From: Clostridia bacterium
GTDB lineage: Bacteria > Bacillota > Clostridia > Christensenellales > UBA1242
NCBI GenBank assembly: GCA_900766395.1
Contig: CAAFWB010000003.1
Span: 1 to 45,156, forward strand
Direction: 5' to 3'
Length of the DNA stretch: 45,156 nucleotides
Below the pieces are notes generated by a model. The model saw only the letters and a list, made by a program, of their open reading frames with translations, was not told where the DNA came from and did not search any database. Made by a program: the position numbers and the translations under genes. This document shows positions 10,301 through 17,507 of this stretch, piece by piece. Within the stretch, counting starts at the first letter, position 1. The number at the start of each line of letters is the position of its first letter.

Positions 10301-13300
10301 CAACAGAGAGTGTTTTTGTTATGCCGCTTGAAATATCAATACGAAGTTTTGCCACACCCCCTGCTTTTGCAACGATTTTTTGTCCGGATATTTCCAAAAC
10401 ATCATTTTTTAAAAGGTTTTCGACAAAAATCTGTTTGTTTGTTGTGTTGAATGGCGTCCATTTTGTCACTTGAATTTCAAATTCGTCACCAATCTCCAAA
10501 TTGATTTCTTGTTCGAAATTAACCTCAACCTTTGTTGCATTTCCGCCAGTGTATCGAACGCGATATAGTTTTGAAACTCCGCTTGCATCATCAGCCTGTG
10601 CTTGAAGAACAACAATGCCGCTTTGCATAAAGTTGAGCTTGTCACCATCAATATAAGCGATGTTGTTTAATTTTTCGCCAGAACTTGAAAAACTTTCGCT
10701 AATTTTGAAATTAACTTTTTTGTTTGTCGCGTCTGTTGGCAAAACATTATAAGTGAGAAGAACTGACGAAATTGCAGTTTGGAACTCTCCACTCAAATAA
10801 TCAAGTTCGGAAAGTATCTCAAAACTTTGAATAAGTCTCACGACTTCGACATTAATTTTGTGATGAGCAACAATGCTTCCGATTTTATCAAAGAAATATA
10901 TGTTTACACTTGTTTTTCCAGTTTTTTGTGCAGTCAAAATGTTGGAGTTTAATGTAATTATATTTTCATCTTCAATTTCAATCGTGTATGAATCATAATC
11001 TTGACAGAATGATGCAACATCCAAAATCAATTTTTCGCCAACTTGGACAGAAACATCTTTGTTTGTTGGTGTGATTGATGAGGTCGATTTGTCGATTTTT
11101 TCAATCCAGAAAGAATATGTGACACTTTCATCTGCAACACATTTTGCAATGATTTCAATAACTCCATTTTTCTTGAATGAGAGTATTCCGTTTTCAATTT
11201 CGGCAATATCTGTGTTTGCAATTTCAAACTTGACAGATTTGTTTGTTGTGTCATATGGAAGAACAGTTGAGCTGAGTTCGATTGAATTTTTTGTTGTTTG
11301 AATGTTTGAAGGATAAACAACAAGAGTTTCAGGAAGGCGTTTGACTTCGATTTCATAAACGAATTGAAGGGTTGAAACATTGGCATAAAGTGTGCAAGTT
11401 CCGCCCGCAATGCCTTTGAGTTTTCCGTCAACAATGTCCAAAACTTTGTTTGAAGAAATTGATGTTGTCACATGGTTTGCAGTTTGATAAGAAATGTTTT
11501 TGAGCATCGCATTATTTGGGAAAGTTGAAAGAACTTCAAGTTCAAAACAATCTCCAACATAGATTTCGCTCGGAATTTCTGAAAGCACTGCATTCAATGG
11601 ACTTGGTCCAACATATCTGATTCCAACTTTTATTTCTTTGTTCTTGTCCGCACTTCTGCCAACAACAGTCGCAGTGCCTTTTGAACTAAATTTTATGCTG
11701 TTTCCAAAAACTGTTGCAGGACCACCAACAACTTCCCACTCAACAAGCCCATTTGACGCGTCACTTGGACTTGTCGCATAATCAAAAACAAAAGTTGGCT
11801 GACCTGTGATGAAAACATCGTCTTGCTTGTCAAGATTGCACAAAAATTCAATATTTTGAACAAAACTTTGAACAACAACTGTGAGTTTAAATGTTTTTGT
11901 GCTGTCGTCATATAATGTGACGCAAATCTCAATTTCAGCTCGACCACCATTTAGTGCAACAATTTCACCTGCTTGAACCATGGCGACATCTTTGTTTTCG
12001 TCAACTCGATATTGATTTTTGATTGTCGTCACAACAGATTTTGCATTTGCTCCAAATGGAGTGAAACTGAATGTTGGGATAAAACTTTCGCCAACTTTGA
12101 GAGTGATTTCGCTTTGTTCAAAATCAGCGGTTTTTGCGTATCCATTTGTAAAAATTATTTTTATGGTTTTTGAAACATCTGAATAGTCTTCATTTGCATA
12201 AACCAAAATTTCAACTTCTGTCACACCATCTGACACTTTTTGAACAACGCCCTCAGAATTTACTGTTGCTTTTGCCTCGTCTTTTGAGTGGAAGAAAAAG
12301 TTTTTGTTTGTTGACATTTCTGGATATGCTTTTGGTTCAAGCTTAACCGAGTTTTGTGCAACATAGATTTCGTCATCCAAAACAATGCCCTCAGCGGGAT
12401 ATGTGACATTAACCAAAATTGTTTTTTCAATCCATTCTGTTTTTGATTTTTGAGCACGAAGTCGAATTGTTGTTGTTCCGGTTGAAACAACTTGGATATA
12501 ATTGTTTTCATCAACTGTGCAAATTCCTGGATTATCACTTTTTATTTCAACATTGTTTAGTGACATGCTTTTTGGCGAAACTGAAATGTCCAAATATTTT
12601 GCCGCGTCAGAAAGAGATGTGTTGATAATCGCTTCATTAATCGTGATGTCGTCAACATACCCGTTTGTTGATTTGATTGATATTGTTTTTGACATTGTTT
12701 TGTTTTGGTCTTCAATTTTGATTTCAACTTGCCCCGCTTTCAAAAATGTCACATAACCTTTTTTGTTTACTGTTGCGATTTGGGTATCGGAAGATGTGTA
12801 AATCAGCTCTGTTTGAGTGGCGTCAGCCGGATAGGTTTTTGTTTTGATTTGATAGTCGAGTTCGCTGATGACAACATTTTCTTCAAGCACCGAAAATCCT
12901 GTTATTGGACGAACAACCAAAACTGACAAGAATTTTGTTATTCCAGAAAATTTTTCTGTTGCACAAAGTGTGACAAACCCAGGATTTTTCGCAGTTAAAA
13001 AGCCATTTTCAGATATTGTCGCAATATTTTCGTCATAAGATTTATATTCAATTTCTTTGTTGTCCGCCTCAACTGGAAGAACGGTTGCTTGAAGTGCCAA
13101 TGTTTCGCCAACATTAACCACATCTTTGGGAGAATAAAAATCAAGGTCATGAGCAACTGTGTCATAAACATAGAAATAACAACTTGCTTTTTTGTTTCCG
13201 TCCTCAGTTGTTGCTGTGATATAGCATTTTCCATAGCCAACAAAAATAACTGTGCCTTTGTTGTCGACAGTGGCAACACTTTCGTTATCACTCTTCCAAG

Positions 13301-13508
13301 AAAGGTTTTTGTTTGATGCGTTTTCTGGGACAAAAGAAGCGTTCAGCGAAAAACTTTCGCCAACTTTTCCTGACGAAGTTTCAGCATTAAGCGTGATTGA
13401 ATCAACAGGAACTGGAACAAATCCAGTGACGGTGTTTACGGTGAAATTCAAAACAACAATAATGACAAGCGGAATCGCAATCATCAAAAATATCAAAAGT
13501 TTTTTCAT
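7341..13508 (-). CDS. Giant N-terminally anchored protein: ~19 Big_2-type Ig-like modules plus a C-terminal right-handed beta-helix domain
   Basis: Start moved to ATG 13508 (RBS GAGGTG, 1 nt after the upstream stop). TM/signal anchor MKKLLIFLMIAIPLVIIVVL. Repeated ..IATV(D/N)..G.V.. module ends. The C-terminal ~450 aa carries beta-helix-type repeats (NVVIDNLQIRGN, IKNCIVENAVF, CIIRNSFSGG, VRDCIFKSS). Confidence 0.85.
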   Translation of the reverse strand: MKKLLIFLMIAIPLVIIVVLNFTVNTVTGFVPVPVDSITLNAETSSGKVGESFSLNASFVPENASNKNLSWKSDNESVATVDNKGTVIFVGYGKCYITATTEDGNKKASCYFYVYDTVAHDLDFYSPKDVVNVGETLALQATVLPVEADNKEIEYKSYDENIATISENGFLTAKNPGFVTLCATEKFSGITKFLSVLVVRPITGFSVLEENVVISELDYQIKTKTYPADATQTELIYTSSDTQIATVNKKGYVTFLKAGQVEIKIEDQNKTMSKTISIKSTNGYVDDITINEAIINTSLSDAAKYLDISVSPKSMSLNNVEIKSDNPGICTVDENNYIQVVSTGTTTIRLRAQKSKTEWIEKTILVNVTYPAEGIVLDDEIYVAQNSVKLEPKAYPEMSTNKNFFFHSKDEAKATVNSEGVVQKVSDGVTEVEILVYANEDYSDVSKTIKIIFTNGYAKTADFEQSEITLKVGESFIPTFSFTPFGANAKSVVTTIKNQYRVDENKDVAMVQAGEIVALNGGRAEIEICVTLYDDSTKTFKLTVVVQSFVQNIEFLCNLDKQDDVFITGQPTFVFDYATSPSDASNGLVEWEVVGGPATVFGNSIKFSSKGTATVVGRSADKNKEIKVGIRYVGPSPLNAVLSEIPSEIYVGDCFELEVLSTFPNNAMLKNISYQTANHVTTSISSNKVLDIVDGKLKGIAGGTCTLYANVSTLQFVYEIEVKRLPETLVVYPSNIQTTKNSIELSSTVLPYDTTNKSVKFEIANTDIAEIENGILSFKKNGVIEIIAKCVADESVTYSFWIEKIDKSTSSITPTNKDVSVQVGEKLILDVASFCQDYDSYTIEIEDENIITLNSNILTAQKTGKTSVNIYFFDKIGSIVAHHKINVEVVRLIQSFEILSELDYLSGEFQTAISSVLLTYNVLPTDATNKKVNFKISESFSSSGEKLNNIAYIDGDKLNFMQSGIVVLQAQADDASGVSKLYRVRYTGGNATKVEVNFEQEINLEIGDEFEIQVTKWTPFNTTNKQIFVENLLKNDVLEISGQKIVAKAGGVAKLRIDISSGITKTLSVVVNKNVEQIYVENDDVLTSKTEFVIVANALPSDATNKTLEYELSQTDIATLSGNKLTFQKTGRVEVKIFANQRKVSKSVFVSSTNGALSDFELSTQNITILKNSYTNLIVSKYTPSDFDFDKSALECSVVENNPQNEGQQVVLIENGGRIKANYGGKAKLKVKFTNANGSAIEKFVEIEVVQLLQNIDVTLSRQVDDMYGTKVVGTGTLGYEVVPTPSDAYIKKIEIECSNQEIAKVQNGVINFLKGGKVDITFRAYDSFDNVSTKTISFYFTDGKIIDAKFDTSGFVGSTLKMMAGESFEFKLLSFVPRDIEVQQIAMIEKVENKNHDSLSVLNFENGVLHATAGGEATFKLSVCSFITNSFKVVVERLANQIVTDTSLYISSPECNITYSILPLDAGDKEVEFLTSSDIAVVNVYGHVTFSQYGTANIVVRLKNNNQISRTIIIKYSNEVSFISFKNVPDSIFARDSMQLGIDYLPYGAQDFTVAYTVSDSRLAMVNASGKFFAGSEAGKVVVRAYVVENPEIYCEITIRIKIIISDIELELDAIDDERGIGGYRVFGNGFVETKDGQLQIGSTYQMKIKSITPINSGANLIWTSSDTKIATIDQNGLLTFVGGAGTLTVTVQPEDQLSDNEELFLKDSYTFTIVHGVNVYNKEQLQYALKAKISAPIVIQNDIVYNIRDGIWTSRSFYGNGHLIDLSFPDKDENGVARGYNRFVVRASNVVIDNLQIRGNAFDENASLSSLEGKGCALLVYTPKNAKEMTQNVLIKNCIVENAVFAARAYGAQVTFAGCIIRNSFSGGLTLSVNDDGISSDVTVRDCIFKSSYLSSILFDAKQEGETGNNNSKLRLEGDVKIMNWIDVDEINGQSIAAELGEATTQLREIIKKQTQLTKYYNGKYYFMAGITAFKAGYDGILTFASKLDVDITKMSSTYQYVTYKVEGAVKIYGVPVAFEMTGYSLPSGETEILPDSKIEDDPLAYQKIRQPR

Positions 13509-13509
13509 A

Positions 13510-15123
13510 TCACACCTCAATCCTTTGATATTTCTTTTCAAGTCCAACAAACAATCTCAAAACTTCAATAATGCAGAATGGAACTGAAAATCCAAACAAG
13601 ACAAGAGTTGAGGCAGAAATTGAAACAAAAAGACTAAGAATAATTCCAGAAACTCCAAGAATTGTTGCAATGATAAACCCAATTCCCAAGCTCGCTGAAA
13701 TATTTGAGTTTGTGCCGACCATTTCTTTTGAACCAACATAAATGAATTTTGGCTTTTTGATGTCAATGTCGATTGATTTTGCAATGTTTCCAATCATAAC
13801 AATTCCAACTCCGCCAAAAACAGTCATCGCCTCGCCAATGCTCAAAAATCCCGCAAGGAAAAGGACAAGACACGAAACAAGAGTTGAAGGAATAATAACC
13901 AAGCAATACATCAAAAACTTGACGGTTATTTGTTTTGTGAATGAAACAGGAATAATTTTTGAATGGAAAAAGTTTTCACCCTCTCTTGTCACGCTGCTTG
14001 CCGCAAAAGATGAACCAACGCTCAAAAACATAATCAAAATCAAAACCGCAATCCCCGGCAAAACTCCAGTGCCCAGTTTTGAAATACCAATGTTTGTTGC
14101 AATCGAACTTGAAAAATAAACCATGAGAGGCGTTGTTATTGCAATCGTGAGATATTGAAAAGAATAATTAACAGAACGGAAAATATTCAAGAACTCCCTC
14201 TTGAATAATGCTCTTGTTGGACTCATTGAAACAACTTTTGTGCTTTTTCTGAATGCACCAGTTGGACTTTCGAGATTTGAAATAAGAATTTTGTAATACC
14301 ATTTTTTTGCAAATAGATATACAAGTCCGCCAAGGAAAAAGCAAATTGACAAATAAACAAAAAAACTTGCAAAAAAGTGTTTGAGAGTTGCAATGTTCCT
14401 GAACAAAACTTGAATATAAAAATGGCTTGCAACATTTTTTATGCTCTCAATGAGCGAACTGCCCAAAAGACTTGTGTAGTCAGATGTTTGCAAAATTGTG
14501 AGAACAAGTTTTAAGAGCGCAGAATAAACATAAAATCCTGCCGCAACAAACACAACATAGAGGCAAATCATAATGATAAATTTGTTGCGAAGAAATGAAA
14601 CAACATACATTGTTGGAATTGAAAGTAACATTGAAAGGAAAAACGGAATAAGGCTCATCAAAAAGATGTCCACTGGAATCATGCAATAAAATCCTGCATC
14701 CGCCCCAGTTTTGACACCGAACAAAATCAAAACCGGAAGTCCAAGCACGAGAGCAAAAACAAGTTCTTTGATAAATAAATATGTAATTTTTGAAAGAATG
14801 ATTGCTGTTCCTGACACTGGAAGCTTGAGTTTGTCTTCATCTGGCGAGAAAAAAAGCGTTTTTGTTGTGATGCCAACGCCAAACAAAAGTTGAACAACTT
14901 GCGCCATGAGAACAAAAAATATTAAAAACTCCCCTTCAAGGTTTGTTTCTTTCGCCATTGACAAAACTCCGTCAAAAGCAAACAACATAAGTCCAACAAA
15001 CACCCCAAAAACAATGAGTCCCAAAACAATTTTGAGAACAATTGAAAAAGCTTTGGCGCCACGTTTTGTGCGTCTTGAACTATTCAAAAATTCAAGTTTA
15101 AGCAGTGTCAAATATTGCTTCAT
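13510..15123 (-). CDS. Polytopic ABC-exporter-type permease
   Basis: Over 10 hydrophobic helices. ATG 15123 overlaps the ATPase TGA by 1 nt (TGATG); the ORF-track start at 15126 is a TTG one codon upstream. Confidence 0.65.
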   Translation of the reverse strand: MKQYLTLLKLEFLNSSRRTKRGAKAFSIVLKIVLGLIVFGVFVGLMLFAFDGVLSMAKETNLEGEFLIFFVLMAQVVQLLFGVGITTKTLFFSPDEDKLKLPVSGTAIILSKITYLFIKELVFALVLGLPVLILFGVKTGADAGFYCMIPVDIFLMSLIPFFLSMLLSIPTMYVVSFLRNKFIIMICLYVVFVAAGFYVYSALLKLVLTILQTSDYTSLLGSSLIESIKNVASHFYIQVLFRNIATLKHFFASFFVYLSICFFLGGLVYLFAKKWYYKILISNLESPTGAFRKSTKVVSMSPTRALFKREFLNIFRSVNYSFQYLTIAITTPLMVYFSSSIATNIGISKLGTGVLPGIAVLILIMFLSVGSSFAASSVTREGENFFHSKIIPVSFTKQITVKFLMYCLVIIPSTLVSCLVLFLAGFLSIGEAMTVFGGVGIVMIGNIAKSIDIDIKKPKFIYVGSKEMVGTNSNISASLGIGFIIATILGVSGIILSLFVSISASTLVLFGFSVPFCIIEVLRLFVGLEKKYQRIEV

Positions 15124-15929
15124 CAATCTTCCTTTTTGTCTTTATCTTTTTTTGTTTTGGCTTTTCTTTTTGATTTTGGTTTTTCGCCCACTTCATCGTC
15201 TTTTGGTTGATTTGATTTTGTTTTGTCCAAAAAGTATTCTTCAAGCGAAACTGGACTTTCTTCCAAGAACTTCTTGACATCAATAATCTCAATCAATCTG
15301 CCCTTGTCAATGATTGCAACTCTGTCACAAATCTTTTCAACAATCTCCAAGTTATGTGATGAAAAGAAGACTGTGTTTCCGAGTTTTTTATGTTCAAGCA
15401 TATATTGTTTGATTTCATATGACGATTGAGGATCAAGTCCCATCAAAGGCTCGTCCAAAACCCAAAACTTTGGGTTGTGAATGAGCGCAGCCATAATACA
15501 AATCTTTTGCTTCATTCCGTGAGAATAGGAACGAATTTGATTGTCGAGAGCAAACGCCATGTTGAATTTTGCTCCAAATTTTTTGATTCGCTCTTCAATC
15601 AGATTTTTTTCAACGCGATAAATGTTGCCCATATATGTAACATATTCTCTTCCCGTCAAATTTTCATAAACCGCGTGATTATCTGGAACATAACCAATGT
15701 TGAGTTTTGCATTGATTGGGTCGCGCGCAATGTCGTATCCGCAAATCGTTATGCTCCCTTCTTCAAATGGAATGATGCCCGTGATGCATTTTATTGTCGT
15801 GCTTTTTCCTGCACCATTCTTTCCCAAAAAGCCAAAAATCTCCCCATCTTCAAGTGTGAAAGATAGGTTTCTAACTGAATATCTTGTCGCATTTTTATAC
15901 TTTTTCGACAAATTCTTTATCTCGAGCAT
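15123..15929 (-). CDS. ABC transporter ATP-binding protein with a Lys/Asp-rich C-terminal tail
   Basis: Walker A GKNGAGKST, signature YSHGMKQK, Walker B FWVLDEP. RBS GGGGGA. Confidence 0.9.
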   Translation of the reverse strand: MLEIKNLSKKYKNATRYSVRNLSFTLEDGEIFGFLGKNGAGKSTTIKCITGIIPFEEGSITICGYDIARDPINAKLNIGYVPDNHAVYENLTGREYVTYMGNIYRVEKNLIEERIKKFGAKFNMAFALDNQIRSYSHGMKQKICIMAALIHNPKFWVLDEPLMGLDPQSSYEIKQYMLEHKKLGNTVFFSSHNLEIVEKICDRVAIIDKGRLIEIIDVKKFLEESPVSLEEYFLDKTKSNQPKDDEVGEKPKSKRKAKTKKDKDKKED

Positions 15930-15967
15930 ATTTCCCCCAATAAAAAATCCTTAACATAGTTAAGGAG

Positions 15968-15996
15968 ATTATATAACAACACGCGCACGATGTCAA
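15968..15996 (-). promoter_or_regulatory. Consensus sigma-A-type promoter of the ABC/giant-protein operon
   Basis: Minus strand reads TTGACA (15996-15991), 17 nt, TATAAT (15973-15968), about 40 nt upstream of ATG 15929. Confidence 0.65.
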
Positions 15997-16161
15997 CATA
16001 CAAAAAAATCGATAACTCCCAAAAAATTCTTAAACTCTCCCCCGACCACTCACTCCCACGAGCAAAACGCGGAGCGTTTTTTCTGTCAAAATTTATTACT
16101 ATTTTTTTTCTTCAAGAGTTATGGCATTTTTTGCCTTAACTCTTCTTGTTAGCGAAATTGT

Positions 16162-16241
16162 ATGAAACAGAAAGGTTTGTCAAGAGTTTGAGTGCGGACG
16201 CACTCAAATGCAGTTCACTCTTGACAAATTTTTCGTTTCAT
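16162..16241. repeat. 80-nt three-tier imperfect inverted repeat (long hairpin)
   Basis: Outer helix ATGAAAC/GTTTCAT, middle helix TTTGTCAAGAG/CTCTTGACAAA, inner helix TTTGAGTGCG/CGCACTCAAA. Confidence 0.6.
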
Positions 16242-16261
16242 GCAACGCAAAAAACAAAAGA

Positions 16262-16300
16262 CAAAAGAAAAGGTTTTGAGTAAAATTTCTCAAAACCCTT
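16262..16300 (-). terminator. Intrinsic terminator of the MacB-type operon
   Basis: Minus strand reads AAGGGTTTTGAG-aaatttta-CTCAAAACCTT followed by TTCTTTTGTCTTTTGTTTTTT. Confidence 0.7.
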
Positions 16301-16424
16301 TTGTTTATTGTTTTTTGTTGACCCCATGCACCACTTCGCCAAGGGTGGTTTCAAGGGGTGTGGGGAAAATCCAAATTCCCCACGCTTTTTGGTTCTTTTT
16401 CGCAACTCGAAAAAGAACATCAAT

Positions 16425-17507
16425 CTAGCGAGTTATTTTTGCATAGTAATTTCGTGATCGTTCTTTCACTCCAAACCCATTTGCTTTTATTGTGAAGTTT
16501 GGATCACAATACCACTCATAATTTTCAAGTCCATCACAAAGAGAAAAATCTTGACGCCTTGAAAGTTTGATAACATATATCTTGCTTCCTTCAAGATAGA
16601 AATTGAGTTTTCTTGGGGCAAAGAAATAAATTGCAAGAACCATGCCAACCAAAGACAAGCTCGCAATCAAAATCCAAATCCAAAGATATGGGTGTGATTT
16701 GTTTGCTGAAACAACAATAATGCTATCTGTTGGCACGTCAGACAGGGCAAAAGCTCCACGATTTATGACATATGAAAGTTCTTTGAGTTCTCCAGATGCA
16801 GTGTATTCAAAAATCCTATAGTTGTTTGATGTTGCATAATCTTTTGGAAGCTCCATCAAAAGAGTCATTTCAGAATAATTTCCGCTTTGCATATTTGGTG
16901 CAATTTTTATCATTTCAATAATTTGTTCAGTGTAAGCGAGTTTCTTTTTAACCGCTTTTTTCACGGTGCGCTTTTGACTGCTCGAAATATCTGTTGCTGA
17001 ATATGAATTAGCCAAACAAAAACCATCATCATGAATAATTTCAATTTTGCCAATTTTCCCGCTAGACTTGTCCGAAATTAGCGTTCTTGGGAGAACACGA
17101 ACAGTGAGATAAACCGAGTCTGGCACAGAATAGGTCATTGTTTCTTCTGCCGTTATTCTAATTTTGTATTCGCCAATTTCAAGAAATTCGTTAAGAACTT
17201 CAACTTCTCCGGCAGTGGTTATACGCATAAGTTTTAGTTCTTGGTCAGAATTAATCAATATTTTGCGTGAAAAATCAAGAGAATAAGGCGTGCCATCATA
17301 AACAAACTCACACAAATTATTTTCATAAAGCGAAGTAATCACTGGCTTTGTTTTTTCGGTTTGAGCAGAAACTGTTTGAAACTTTTTTGTATCAAAATTT
17401 TTTGATTTTGGCTCGATTTTTGACGTAAAAGCAACAAAACAAGCAAAAATTGTTGAAATTAATAACAAAATCGAACAAAAAATTAATATTTTTCGTGTTT
17501 TTTTCAT
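16425..17507 (-). CDS. Bitopic membrane protein partner of the MacB-type transporter
   Basis: N-terminal helix ILIFCSILLLISTIFACFVAF. The extracytoplasmic part has an MBG/YDG-like stretch (FVYDGTPYSL...YKIRITAEE...LTVRVLPRTL). Second helix YLWIWILIASLSLVGMVLAIYFF. Cytoplasmic tail contains YEWYCDPNFT. ATG 17507 is preferred over 17510 (GGAG spacing of 6 versus 3 nt) and overlaps the upstream TGA. Confidence 0.6.
   Translation of the reverse strand: MKKTRKILIFCSILLLISTIFACFVAFTSKIEPKSKNFDTKKFQTVSAQTEKTKPVITSLYENNLCEFVYDGTPYSLDFSRKILINSDQELKLMRITTAGEVEVLNEFLEIGEYKIRITAEETMTYSVPDSVYLTVRVLPRTLISDKSSGKIGKIEIIHDDGFCLANSYSATDISSSQKRTVKKAVKKKLAYTEQIIEMIKIAPNMQSGNYSEMTLLMELPKDYATSNNYRIFEYTASGELKELSYVINRGAFALSDVPTDSIIVVSANKSHPYLWIWILIASLSLVGMVLAIYFFAPRKLNFYLEGSKIYVIKLSRRQDFSLCDGLENYEWYCDPNFTIKANGFGVKERSRNYYAKITR

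Noticed and set aside
2129-13508. Periodic repeats suggestive of a CRISPR array or DNA satellite
   Set aside because: The periodicity is at the protein-domain level (about 85-90-aa Big_2 and about 80-aa MBG modules) with diverged DNA. There are no short identical direct repeats separated by unique spacers, and no cas genes.
15949-15965. Hairpin CCTTAAC-tat-GTTAAGG plus T-run between the consensus promoter and the ABC ATPase RBS, considered as a leader attenuator
   Set aside because: The stem starts 2 nt after the -10 hexamer, so the predicted transcription start falls inside the 5' arm. The full hairpin would therefore not exist in the RNA. The stem is also short and AT-rich.
15990-16139. 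49-codon plus-strand ORF in the hairpin-rich spacer (MSTYKKIDNSQ...)
   Set aside because: It has no RBS, it runs through several inverted repeats, and its start lies inside the -35 element of the opposite-strand promoter.
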